A stretch of 64,000 nt of DNA, taken from the human T2T-CHM13v2.0 reference genome, Homo sapiens. Made by a program: the position numbers and the translations under genes. The stretch lies in NCBI RefSeq assembly GCF_009914755.1, contig NC_060935.1. The stretch is one strand, 5' to 3'. Positions 25,556 through 41,109 of the stretch are shown in pieces (within the stretch, counting starts at the first letter, position 1; each line of letters begins with the position of its first letter). The notes beneath the pieces are model-generated. The model had not been told where the DNA came from. It worked only from the letters and a program-made list of their open reading frames with translations, and did no database searches.

Positions 25556-26608
25556 CATAATAGCTCAGGACACATGGTTCTATCCTTGGTGAGGTTTGCT
25601 GTGGATAGGCAGCCGGCTCTGTGCCAGGAATCCCGCAGACATCATTTCACTGGATTTCTGTATAGCCCTACCATGCAGACCCTGTTAACCTCATGTCCGC
25701 AGAAGGATGCAGGCTCAGAGGGGTGATGTGACTTACTCAAGGTCACACAGCAATCAAAGGGCCCTGCCCACAGCCCCTGAGCTGCCTCCAGGCTGTGTGG
25801 CTCCAGGAGAGTGCCTTTCCTGTCTGGCGCCTGCCACGGGTAGAGAAGGCTGTGTCCACAAGCATCATCCAGCCCTGCCTGTCAGCTCTCTAATCAGCAT
25901 GGTTACATGACAAGGACACCAAAGAGTGAGAGGGGCATCTTGATTGGCAGATGGAGACAGGGAACGCCCCAAGGGTTAACTCTAGATGTCCTGGGCATGT
26001 CATCAGTGAGAATGACAAGTGGAGGTCCCTTTTACTGGAGAGCAGGGAGGCTTCACCTGAAATAGCCTTCGTAGACTTGAACAACGACATTACCCCCCTC
26101 GCTGCCAACGTAAGCACCTGGGAACTACTGCCCTGAGTGACCCAACCCTCCTCCCCGACTCCCTCCACCATCCCTAATCCCTGGCAAATGCTCACTTGGA
26201 ATCATGTTTCATGCACACGTTGGTGTCCGGTTGCACCTGCTCCTCCTTGCACTCAGGATGTGGCCCACATCTGGTCACCCTGACCGCTAATTCTTGCCTT
26301 CCCAGCCTGCCGTGCAGCTGGGGCTGGCCTGGTCCTGTGACGCAAACCTGGTTCTTAGGATGTAGCCGGAATTTGCTGAAAGGTTCTAAGGAAGTTTTGG
26401 CTTTCTTGATGAGAGAGGCCCAGCCCGAAATGATTCCCTCTCCCTGAGTACAGGGCGCTCAGCTGAAGCCACAGCAGCCCTGGCGAGACGAGGCCCCAGC
26501 AGGACAGGGACACCAAGGGAATCACACAGGGCACAGCCCAGGCATCGCTGGGTCACTGGGTCCCTCTGGATTTGTGGCTGGACAAAAAGAAATCCTATTT
26601 GCTCCGGT

Positions 26609-26790
26609 CAGTGGTCCTCCGTTAAGGGTGATCTTGCCTCCTAAGAACATGCAACAACTTCTGGAGGTATTTTGGTTGTCACAACTTGAGGGTTTCTACA
26701 GGCATCTAATGGTGGGGGGTGGGGGGGGCACTGTTAAATGCAGGAACGTCTTTCCCCAGGGAAGAGTGCTGAGGGCGAGAGGCCCTCACT
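26609..26790. mobile_element. MER20-like fragment
   Basis: TCTGGAGGTATTTTGGTTGTCACAACT...GGCATCTA resembles MER20. Confidence 0.55.
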
Positions 26791-27109
26791 TAGGCCGCTG
26801 TTCCTTGGTGTTTGTTTCCTGCAGCCAAAAACACTCCTGGCAGAGAGGCCGCCCTAACCACTGAGATTGCTAGAGAGAAGGTGGACTGAGGAAGCCAAGC
26901 CCCTAGGCATGAGGAAAGGGCAGGACAGCAGGGCCCAAACCAGCCTCCACCACTAGAGCTGGCTGGCCCAAACCCGCTAACTTCCCACCCGAGCTTTTGG
27001 TGTCCAGGGCAGACACACCGAGGGTTTCCTCCCGTGGACGGTGCTGCCCCCCACCAGCCCCTTCCCCACCCTCCCTAACATTCCAGGCGGATAATAGAAT
27101 GCACCTTTT

Positions 27110-28135
27110 GATACAAACAAACTCCATTTTAATATACAAAACAAACCTCACTTACATACATAAATATAATTTGGGGGCATAAATAATGTAAGAAAATAAG
27201 AGATGTACATATCAAAATAAATTACTCATAAATATCATGTTGGAAAACCAAGTGCTGGGGAAAGGGTTCTAGGTCTTCCCCCGCTGCTTCCACACAGCAA
27301 GTTATTGACAAGACTTGGGGTCTTCAAATCTTTTCTTTTCCTGATTTTTGAACAAGAAGTGCAGGTTGACATAAGGTGGGGGGCCTGGGAGGCCCCAATC
27401 CATGGGGAGGCATGTGAGGTGGGCAGAGGGCTGGTGGGCTGGGAGATGGAAGCAGGTGACACCGGGACAGCAAGTTATTCTCAGGACAGCATCCATGACA
27501 GAACTGGCCTCAGGGGGAATTCTCAAGTTGTCCCAGGGCTGGAGTGGGGCTCCAGGCTTCCCCTACTCCTGAAGCCTGGTGGGCCATGCCTGCTCCAGTC
27601 AGTTCTGGCCTGGAGGGATTTGGGAAGGGCAAATGGTCCCTGGAAGTAGAGATATAGATCAATTCCCACATGGGGTTGAGTGAAATTTACCTGCTGTTTT
27701 ACAGAGTGGATCACCTGTTCCTGAAATTAAAACTACTGCCTGTCTTCTGGCTGCTCCTGGGGAAGTGATGAGAAAAAATTAGAGAATTTCAGCTTGACAT
27801 AAGAATTTTTCCAAAGGAAGTGAGTTCCCCATCGATGGAGGTATTCAAGCAGAACTGAGACAGTGCAGCAGCTTGTCCAGCAACCTCGAGGGAGCAGAAT
27901 GGGGGCCCAGGCAGCAGCTGGGCAAGCTACAGGCTTACAATGTTATGATCAGACAAGTCTATTGGCTAGAAACTGGCACTGCCAATGGAAAACTCTGAAT
28001 ATGTACAACTTCTAGATGTTTCTTCCTAAAGCTAAACAGAACGTGGACTCAGGACTGTTCTTGTAGAAGCACGTCCCCCACGCTGCAGGTACCACAGCCC
28101 CTGGCAGCAGTGAAGAGGCCCGGGCATGGTCTCAG
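27110..28135 (-). other. FGF19: FGF19 3' UTR (about 1 kb; 3' end approximate)
   Basis: Runs from the stop codon to the AU-rich stretch that ends in an ATTAAA signal. Confidence 0.75.
27128..27133 (-). terminator. FGF19 polyadenylation signal (ATTAAA variant)
   Basis: TTTAAT on + strand = ATTAAA on - strand, in U-rich context with upstream UGUA motifs. Confidence 0.7.
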
Positions 28136-28450
28136 TTACTTCTCAAAGCTGGGACTCCTCACGGCCTCCAGTCCGGTGACAAGCCCAAATGGGTCCATGC
28201 TGTCGGTCTCCAGGGGCGAAGAGAACATGTCAGATTCCAAGTGGCCCCTGAGGTCCTCAGGCTCCTCTGGGACCATGGGCAGCATGGGCAGGAAATGAGA
28301 GAGTGGAAGAAAGCCTCTGTTCTTGTACAGCTGCCGCTGTTTGGCACTGCTCAGGGAGACCGGGAGGCGGTGCTTCTCGGATCGGTACACATTGTAGCCA
28401 TCTGGGCGGATCTCCTCCTCGAAAGCACAGTCTTCCTCCGAGTACTGAAG
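28136..28450 (-). CDS. FGF19: FGF19 coding exon 3 (includes stop)
   Basis: CAG| acceptor at 28451-28453. 315 nt encode LQYSEEDCAFEEEIRPDGYNVY...DSMDPFGLVTGLEAVRSPSFEK*, with the beta-Klotho-binding C-terminus. Total CDS 232+104+315=651 nt = 216 aa + stop. Confidence 0.98.
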   Translation of the reverse strand, partial: LQYSEEDCAFEEEIRPDGYNVYRSEKHRLPVSLSSAKQRQLYKNRGFLPLSHFLPMLPMVPEEPEDLRGHLESDMFSSPLETDSMDPFGLVTGLEAVRSPSFEK

Positions 28451-28677
28451 CTGCAGAGAAAACAGGCAGCTCTGAGCAATCCACAGTGGACAGGGAACAC
28501 GGGTCCACATGGACGTTTGTGCTACAGACTGTCCCTGGTGGCCACCAGCAGTGACCTTCCACATAAGCATCACTTGCATGTTTTATACATACTTCCTGAT
28601 GTACACACTGTACGTGTAAGTATATATAAAATATACCTTTATATATGTAAGTATATATAATATATAATGTACTTTAA

Positions 28678-30948
<2,271 letters not shown>

Positions 30949-32134
30949 TCATTAGGAACCCCCACACCCCCTGCCATAGTAAATGTCAAAATTAAAGTTG
31001 CAAGGGTGGGTTTGGAGCGGCTCTGGGTGGGAGTCAGCGTCCAGCGTGCCGACCACCCCCTTTCTCTGCAGTCCTCTCACGCAGGACTCCGCCATAAAAC
31101 CTGAAACAGGCGCTCCGAGTACACGGAGCACGGCAGAGGCACCGAGCAATTTTGAGACTCTAAAATGCTTTGTCCCGCTGTTCACAAAGGAGCTGGTTGG
31201 GCCGGAGGCGGCCCCGCCTCTGCATCCTTTCTGGGGTGGGGGCCCCGGGCAGGCGCGGCCACCCCCGCCCTGGCCCCTGCTCCGCCAGGGAGTCCGGGGC
31301 TGCGTGTGAGGCCTGCGCGGGCCGAGACCTCACACAGCCTCCTCTGCGCGCGGGGCCGCGGGAGGGGCGCGGGTTCGTTCCTTTGAACTCCCAGCCTTTG
31401 TTCCCGGCCACCAGAGCCCCAGCGCTCGTACACTTCCGGCCCCGGGACCTCTGCGGTTACCTGGGCCTTCCCTGCCAGCCCCCACCCCCTGCCCCCACCA
31501 GAAAGCGTTTACAGGACAGGTGAGGCCCGCAGGAGGAAAAGCACTCCCCTGGCGCAACATGACTCCAGCGCATCTGCGTCTAAGCCACACCGTGCTCCTG
31601 GTAGATTAAAAATTAATTCTAAAAAAAAAATCTCTCCTATCCCAAATGCACTGTTTTCTGCCTTGCTTGACAATTGATTTGTTTTTAAAGGAAAGTTATG
31701 GGTAGATCCTCTTTTTTCTTTCCCATTCTTTTTTTCTTCTTTTATACTGGAGGGAGGGAAACGGAGGCGAGGACCACACACGCGCAGGCAGAGGCTGAAA
31801 AGGCCCGAGGTGGGTTTTCCTGTTTAATATCAAAGGAGGCCGAATAATGGGTTTCCTCGGTCCGGCTAGGCCGGCCTTTGACTCAATTGGAAATGCAAAG
31901 GCAGCTTTTGCCTATTCTCTGGCTGCTGGCTGAGACCCTAAATTTCCGTAGGAAATCGTCGGACATGCACTTAATCGGTCTTTGCAATCTTTCCCTCGAA
32001 GTTGCACGCGGGTCTGGGCGGAGGAGGCGAGGAAACCCTGGATTCGAACCAGCGCCTTTCTCTCCTTCAGGCCTCCGCCCGGGGACAGGCGCCGGTCCCC
32101 CGCCCCGGCGCATCCGCCCCGTGGGGACACTTAC

Positions 32135-32238
32135 CAGCCCCTGCATCTTGCCGTCGGCGCCCATGCAGAGGTACCGCACGCTGTGCACGCCCTTGATGGC
32201 CACGGTCCGCAGAGCGACTGCCTTGATCTCCAGCAAAC
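32135..32238 (-). CDS. FGF19: FGF19 coding exon 2
   Basis: TAG| acceptor (32239-32241) and CTG|GTAAGT donor. 104 nt encode (S)LLEIKAVALRTVAIKGVHSVRYLCMGADGKMQGL of the FGF core. Confidence 0.98.
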
Positions 32239-32518
32239 CTAGGCGCAGGGGAAGCGAGAAGCTGCAGCAAGGACCGCTGGGCCCGCACCACGTGGGTGCG
32301 GTCGGTCCACAAGCCTGTGCTTCTCCCTAGCGTCCCGCGCTGTTTGGGGACTAACGGAGGGATCCTAACGTCCAGGTGCCAAAACCTGGGGTTCCCAGGA
32401 GTTGAGGGGTCCGCAGGAGCCTAAGGGTGGCAAAGGAAGGAAGGGCGCTGGGGTGGGGCGCGCGCAGCGGGGTGGGGTGCGCGCGGCGGGGCGGGCGGGG
32501 GTGCTGGCGGGCACTCAC

Positions 32519-32750
32519 TGTGCGCGCTCTGGCCCCGCGCGCAGTCCACGACGCCGTCGGCACGGATGCGCAGGAAGCAGCTGGAGAGCCCGTGGGGGCC
32601 GGAGGTGTACAGGTGCCGCAGGCGGATGGGGTCGCCCCAGCCGTAGTGCACGTGGGGCCCCGCGTCCGAGAAGGCGAGGGGGCGCCCGGCCACGGCCAGC
32701 CAGAGGCCGGCCAGGATCCATACGTGGACCACCACACACCCGCTCCGCAT
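32519..32750 (-). CDS. FGF19: FGF19 coding exon 1 (signal peptide and start of FGF domain)
   Basis: GCCATG at 32750 begins MRSGCVVVHVWILAGLWLAVAGRPLAFSDAGPHVHYGWGDPIRLRHLYTSG...QSAH. A|GTGAGT donor with GT at 32517-32518. Confidence 0.98.
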
Positions 32751-32919
32751 GGCACCTCCCTGGGGCTCTCGGCGCAGCTCCGGCGATGGGGGTGCGGGAG
32801 GCTGGGCGGCGACCGGGATGCGCTGCGGGGCTGTGAGTGCCGGGTTGGGATGGTCGTGGCCCTAGATCCTGGACGCAGCGCTCCTGCTCTGACGGCGCGG
32901 CGGCTCCGGGCCGGCAGCC

Positions 32920-32926
32920 TTATATA
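32920..32926 (-). promoter_or_regulatory. FGF19 TATA box
   Basis: TATATAA(GG) on the minus strand about 170 nt upstream of the ATG, in GC-rich context. Predicts a TSS near 32895. Confidence 0.8.
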
Positions 32927-32985
32927 GTAGCGCCTTACGGGCCCCACGGGTAGGTGCCCAAGACACCCGAGCATTTCTTATCGGG

Positions 32986-32994
32986 ATTGCATCA
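32986..32994 (-). promoter_or_regulatory. AARE / CEBP-ATF4 composite element
   Basis: Perfect TGATGCAAT on the minus strand 60 nt upstream of the TATA box. FGF19 is a known ATF4/ER-stress target. Confidence 0.75.
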
Positions 32995-33455
32995 AGCCTC
33001 CGCCCCCCGCACACACCCACTCACACCCCGCCTCCGGCCCCAGCCCCAGCCCCCTCCCCGGGCCCGGGCAGGCAGGCGGCGGCTTCTTGTCCCAGCCGGG
33101 GTGACCCCGCCCAGGCCGTTCGGATCTGCGGGAGGAGGAGGCCTCGCTTAGCGGCCGGGTTTCGGGGAACTCCTCCCCACCGCGCAGCGGCCCCGAGGTT
33201 CTTGGCTGGGAGAGTTTGACTTTGTAAAGCAATCGACAACTGGGGCCCTTCCCCCAGGCCTCAGGCTCCCAGTGGATGCACTCGGCGTGGGGCACTAGCG
33301 GGGGCGGGGTCAGGAACCCCGGGGCCAGAGGTTGGGGGGCACCGAGTTTTGCCCCCTTCACCCTCTGTCGGGAAAAGCCTCACCTCGGCCTTAGTGCCCT
33401 TCCCCTTAAAAGCCCACTCGCACTCCCTCCCCCGACTTTCGCAGCCCCGCACATC

Positions 33456-33463
33456 TGACGTCA
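33456..33463. promoter_or_regulatory. Palindromic CRE (CREB/ATF)
   Basis: TGACGTCA within the CpG island, about 560 nt upstream of the predicted TSS. Confidence 0.5.
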
Positions 33464-34795
33464 AAGCCGTCCCGTAGAATTTTCCCCGGCAGTTCCGACA
33501 GTCTCAGGTTCTTTCAGCTTCATCTTCTTGCAATTCCTGCCCCGCCCCTTTTATCCGGGTAAATTGCCCCCCGACGGGGGGCCGGGCGCGCTCTCGGCCG
33601 GCGGGGAAACAATGGAAGCCGCGCGGACTGTAGGTGGCGCCGCAGCCTCGGCGTCCGCCTGGGCTTTGCGCTCCTGGCCCCGCGCCCCTGCCTGCTCCGC
33701 GCTCGCCCCGGCCCCGCGGCTGTGCGCGAGATGCAACCTGAAAGGGGGCACTGGGAAGGAGGCTCTCGGGCAGGGTGGGCGGGCCAGCTGCGGGATTGGT
33801 GAACCCCAGCTTCTCGGCTGGAGGGTGGTGGAGGCAGGGGCGCAGGGAGGGAGGCCTGGGCCTCCGTTTCCCGTTTTTTGAGCTGTCTTGTGTCGGGGGT
33901 CTGGTTTTTGAGTCCCCGAGTCCCTGCGCACGGGGTCAGGAGGAACAGCACGGTCGGGGAGGTCGAGAGCGCCTTACCTGGTGGGGAGGGGTCGGGAAGG
34001 GGCCCAGGAACGGTGATGGGCGCCCCTGGCGTCCGGGCAGGTGCCAGGTGAGGAAAGAAATGGGGGCCGCTCCATGAAGCGGTTCCTGCCAATAAAGAAA
34101 ACGACATCCAGAGAATACCCAGGCGGGGAATAAAGGGGTCCTCCTACGGGGCTTTGGTTTAACTCTAATTATTTCTTGTTATTCTTCCAAACCCCCAGCT
34201 CCTGGATGTGGGGCCCCAGGAGGCTGGTTTTGGGGGCAGAGCCCTCCTGGCCCAGCGCAAAGGCGATGGGGAGGGCAAACAGGAGAGACAGCGAGAGAAA
34301 TGCCAGGCCTAATGAATTTCAATGAGCAGAGGCCACATTCATTCCCCAGTCAGTGACTGGCGTTAATGACTGAGGGCGCAGCAAATGTCACCAGGAAAGT
34401 CTTTACAAAAAGACATCATCCCGAAGGCTTTCTAGACCAGGGACCCCCACGCTGTGTGTCTTGGTTCAGAAAGCCGTGGCTTCTGTTAAATCTAATTACT
34501 TCCCCCCTGTGGCTTTAAATCGACGGCGGCTCCTATTAAACTTAATTACCCTCCCCTGCAGCTTTCGTTTTAAAGATCCGTGGTAAATGCGTGATAAATG
34601 CTCTTGAGGGCGATGGCAGAGGCTGCACTGGGGGACACGACCCAAACCGGGTGGGGGCGATGGCAGCCTCTGGTTCCACCCCTACCCCTCTGCAGCCCCT
34701 TCCAGGGACATGGGGAAGAGAGTGGCTGATGCGATCAGGGAGGTGGGGAAATGAGGAAGGCGGCTGCTGTCCCCCAGCCCCTGTTCTGAGCGCTT

Positions 34796-35004
34796 CATGG
34801 AGGTTCTCAGCTCAAATCTCCACAAGAGCCCCCACAGTATTCTATTCCTCCCTCCCCCATGGAGCAGGAGGGAAATGGCCCCAGAAAAGTGGCCGAGTAA
34901 CCCAAGGTCGCACACTCTGTTAGTGGTGAAGTTGGAATTTGAACCCAAACAGTGGGGCTCGTAAATCCAGGCTGTGCTGCGTCTTATCCCGGGACAGGGG
35001 CTCC
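34796..35004 (+). repeat. ~210-bp direct duplication, copy A (MIR-containing)
   Basis: CATGG...GGACAGGGGCTCC is near-identical to 37896-38106. Confidence 0.92.
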
Positions 35005-36619
35005 GGGGTCAGACCCACTGTAGCATGGATCACACCCGGCCACTCCCTGGGTAGGTCGTGGACCGCTGACCCATTGCCCTCTCAGCTTGCTCTCAGGCTT
35101 GTCCTGAGGGTGACAAGGAAGAGGGGACAGAGAGGGCCTGGGATGTAGCACTCATGAAGGTGTTGATGGCAGGCCTTGAGGTCAGCTGTGTGCCGGCCAT
35201 CTCACAGGCACAGCAATGCTCTGAGAGCTTAGGGGATGGATCCTGCTCATGTGAGGTAGCTGACGGTTACAGAGATGGACTGCCGGGCCTCGAGGGTTTG
35301 CCCCAGGTGGGCCAGGCACACGATCTTGGGTGTTTGCTGGGCTCCCTGGTGTGTGTGGTTAGAGGGAGCCAAGCCTGCAGAGGACAAGGCAGTGCTGGCC
35401 AGCAAGGGGCTCTCCTGGCGAGAGCAGAGGTGTGGCAAGGGCTGAGGTCCTCCTCCCACTCTGTTCTGTGCACACCGGGACCTCTGAAGCCACCTGTGTG
35501 CTGCATTGGGCTGACTTTGCTTTTCAGGTTGTGTTTGATTTGCCCCTGGGTGGCTAAGCCGGCTGAATCGCCCAGGTGGGGTTTCATTCATTGAATGGCA
35601 TGGGCAATGGGTAGCAGGTAGGGTCCAAGGCACCCTGGATGTCCCGCTCACCCATGCAGGGGTATGGGGGTCTCCAGCCCAGGTGTCCAGAAGGGCTTGG
35701 CTTGGCTTTGTTCTGGATTTGATGTTAGCTTTTTTTTTTTAATTCATTTTTTATTTTTTTATTTAATTGCCCTGTAGAACCGTAAATCCTTTTTCTGGAG
35801 TCTTCCTTCTTCCATCTGAGGGTGTAGAGGTTCCTTCTTCCTGATTATGGCAAATGAGTGATTTCCACCATTTCTAAACCCGTGTCCCAGTGTCTAAGAA
35901 CATCTTATTCGGCTTCACCTCCAATTTTTACATTATGAAAATCATAGTTTTCCTTTCATTTTACAGTTAGAAATGTATGTTTTGCTGTCAAATGTGCATT
36001 CTTCTACATAAGCACTCCCTAGAGCCCCTCCCAAACCCCCTGCTCCCACCTTGTGATTGAAAATTATTTTGTAATTGGAGAAACTTCTGGGTGTGGTAAA
36101 AGTCTTTATCAGAAAATAAGAACTGCAGGGTAGCGTGGGACCGAGAGAGCTGTGAACACTGAGGTGATCGAGGCCACGCCCCACAGCTGGTTCCTGGCCA
36201 ACTGGAGGCTGAGACCCAGGGACTCCTGAATCTCAGCCCAGTATTTTTGCTACAACCTGCTAGAACATGCATTATTTCCCCCAAGACTTTCTGATTCACC
36301 AACAGCCATTTCTTCCCCCATACGCATCGTTATTCTGAAATGAGGCCACCCAGCTAGCCCAGAAATTGGCAGAGACTGTGACAGAGTAGAAGGAAGACCT
36401 CTTTGAGATTCCATTTCCTCATTTGTAAAACAGCAAAAGGAACGCTAATTTACAGGGTTAATACGAGCATTAGAAAAGACATCCCCATCTATCAAGTGAC
36501 CAATATTTGTAAGATAGAGACAGCCTGGCACATGTAAAGCACATAACAGAAGGGTAGCTATTGTTACTGTTGTAAATGCTGCTCTCTGGCGATCTTTGCT
36601 ACATTTATTACTTATTTTA

Positions 36620-37012
<393 letters not shown>

Positions 37013-37173
37013 CTAAAGTAAATTGTGTCTGAATTTTAAATAAGCATTAATAGATACTTTTTTTCCAGTTGTTTTATTGTGTTGAAACATAAACAACATA
37101 AAATTTACCATCCTAACCATTTCTAAATGTACAGTTCAGAGGAATTAATACATTCATAAAGCTGTGTGGATCA

Positions 37174-37545
<372 letters not shown>

Positions 37546-37895
37546 TCATTTGAATTGTAACCTCCTTTCCACCAACTCAGTTGTAAACACTTTCCTTGGG
37601 ATTAAATATCCTAGCACAGCCTTTGACACCAGCACATCTGAGTGATACAATCTGTTGTCCCCTATTGCTGGACGTTTAGGTTGTTTCCAACGTCCCCTGC
37701 CAGACCATGCAGGGGAGAACATTCTTGGAGACGCATCTCGCGCATGTCCGCTCTTGGAATTACTGAGCCCTGTCGTCTCTCCCCCAGGTAGGCCCTGGCC
37801 CTGTGTAAAGGGTGGAATTCAGGAAGCTGCCCTGCTTCTGTTCACACAAAGGGCAGCACAGCTTCCTCCAGACATCTGCGGTGAGCCTGAGCACA

Positions 37896-38106
37896 CATGG
37901 ATGTTCTCAGCTCAAATCTCCGCAAGAGCCCCCATGGTATTCTATTCCCCCTTCCCCATGGAGCAGGAGGGAAATGGGGGCCCCAGAAAAGTGGCCGAGT
38001 GACCCAAGGTCGCACACCCTGTTAGTGGTGAAGTTGGAATTTGAACCCAAACAGTGGGGCTTGTAAATCCAGGCTGTGCTGTGTCTTATCCCGGGACAGG
38101 GGCTCC
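37896..38106 (+). repeat. ~210-bp direct duplication, copy B
   Basis: Matches 34796-35004 at an offset of about 3100 bp. Confidence 0.92.
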
Positions 38107-39676
38107 TGGTGTGTAAGCACCACCACCAGCAGGCACCATGAGGCATAGCAAAGCTGGAGTCGGAGCCCTCCCTTTACTGCCGGTTCAGAAGGCCCAGGAC
38201 ATGAGCTCCCCTAGCTGGGAGGGCCTGCTTGTGCTGTGAGCCTTACTTTTCTCACCTGTGAGGACAGGAGCTGACAGAAGTAGCCACAAAGGGTATTTCT
38301 GTACGTGAATGCTCTTTTCCCTCTGGTCTCCCTCATCAAAACAGATATGAGTTCCCATCGCGAATGTGTTGAGCTGTCAGAGTAGCAACGTCGTGAAAGA
38401 ATGCGCCCAGGCTTTGAATGTCAGCTACTGAAAGAAAACAAAAAGTAGCTTAATGAGAAAACATTAACCGTGTTCATGCTGACTTCGTGAAAAACCATAA
38501 AGTGAAAATATCGAGGTTGGAAATTCTCAGAAGCCCTGGCCTCTGTCTGCTTCATAAACCTTTCGTGGAGAAGGATGAGTCCCAGACTCCACAAGTGGAT
38601 GGCTCTTCAAACTTCATGCCCAAAGGGAGGGTCTTTTCTCTCCAAAAGCTCAGCCACCTTTCCACAATGTCTTTTTTCTTTCTTCTGTCCGAGATGGTTA
38701 GGAAATCCCAGGACAGGCCTGGCCAGCACCATTTGCTGAGTGCTTGAAATCCTCTGGCCATGGTGGTGGTGGTAGTGATGGCTGACACCAAGTGCCCAGA
38801 ACTGTCCTGGGCAGTTTACATGCCTCACGGTATTTGGGTCTCATAGCTCCCATTCTAAAGAGGGGCAAAGTGAGGCTCAGAAACTGCTCCTTGCCCAGAG
38901 TCACAAATAAAGCCAATAAACAGCAGAGTTGGGATTTGAATGCAGTTCTAGCTGAATTTGAGTCACAAAGCTATTTAATCATTACTCTCTTTTTATTTTT
39001 TTAAAAAAGAAGCAAAACCAGGCCAGGTACAGTGGCTCACATCTGTAATCCCAACATTTTGGGAGGCCAAGGCAGGTGGATCACTTGAGCCCAGGAGTTC
39101 AAGACCAGCCCGGGGGACATGGCGAAACTCCATTTCTACAGAAAATACAAAAATTAGTCGGGCGTGGTGGCGTGAGTCTGTAGTCCCAGCTACTTGTGAT
39201 GCTGAGGTGGAAGGATCACTTGAGCCTGGGAGGCAGAGGTTGCAGTGAGCTGTGATCCACCACTGAAAAAAAAAAAAAAAAAAAAAAGGAAAACCCAAAC
39301 AGCTGCTCTTTCAAAAAGTTAAGAGCCCTGACCAAATTCAGAGCCTCAGCTAGGGGCTTGGCCCTACTCTTCGATTCCTTGGCCCCATGACCTGCCCATG
39401 TGCTTCCCAGAGTGGTCACTGGAGACCCTGGGCTGACTCTAGCAAGATAGCCAGAGAGCCCCCACTTCTGAGTGCAGCCCTCAGCTCCGCCTGCTCTGCT
39501 GTGTGGTACCTGGACGTCATGTCTTGGGGTGGAAATTGACCCTACATGTCTCCTCTTCAGACAAAGCTCTGTGGAAGTGAGGATACAAGTGCGCAGTTTG
39601 CGGGCATGACCCTGGTGTCCTGCACGGAGCCAGCCTGGCACTTGACGCTGCCAAGAAATATTGGATGAATCATTTA

Positions 39677-40021
<345 letters not shown>

Positions 40022-40329
40022 TCACTGGCCTCCTTGCCCATCCTTTCCTTGTTCATCCCGTCTCTCCTTCCTCCTGCCCTCCCTTGACTTCCATTGCCAA
40101 ACTGATCATTCGTCCCACCTGCAAACTCATTCCAGACACTTCTGATGGGTCACACATCATGTCGAGAAAATTAGGCCAGGTACAGTGGCTCATACCTGTA
40201 ATCCCAGCACTTTGGGAGGCCAAGGTGGACAGATCACCTGAGGTCAGGAGTTTGAGACCAGCCTGGCCAACATGGTGAAACCCCGTCTTTACTAAAAAAA
40301 AAAAAAAAATGGCCGGGTACGGTGGCTCA

Positions 40330-40958
<629 letters not shown>

Positions 40959-41109
40959 TCAAGGTCCACAGCAGAACACACTCCGGGAACTGACCCCTGC
41001 ATGCGGTTTCATTTCAGGGGCCGCTTCCAGATGCTGAGTCCCCCACTTGCATGATCACTGTGACTTTGTAAATGCCAGTATTTCTCTCCTATCCGTATCA
41101 AGAACACTG

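Larger units (their letters stand above)
31000..34130. promoter_or_regulatory. FGF19 CpG island (promoter, exons 1-2, 5' part of intron 2)
   Basis: Extended GC- and CpG-rich tract free of Alus. Confidence 0.9.

Noticed and set aside
28136-28579. ORF-track 147-aa protein starting in FGF19 intron 2
   Set aside because: The first 43 codons are intronic. The true exon begins at the CAG acceptor at 28450.
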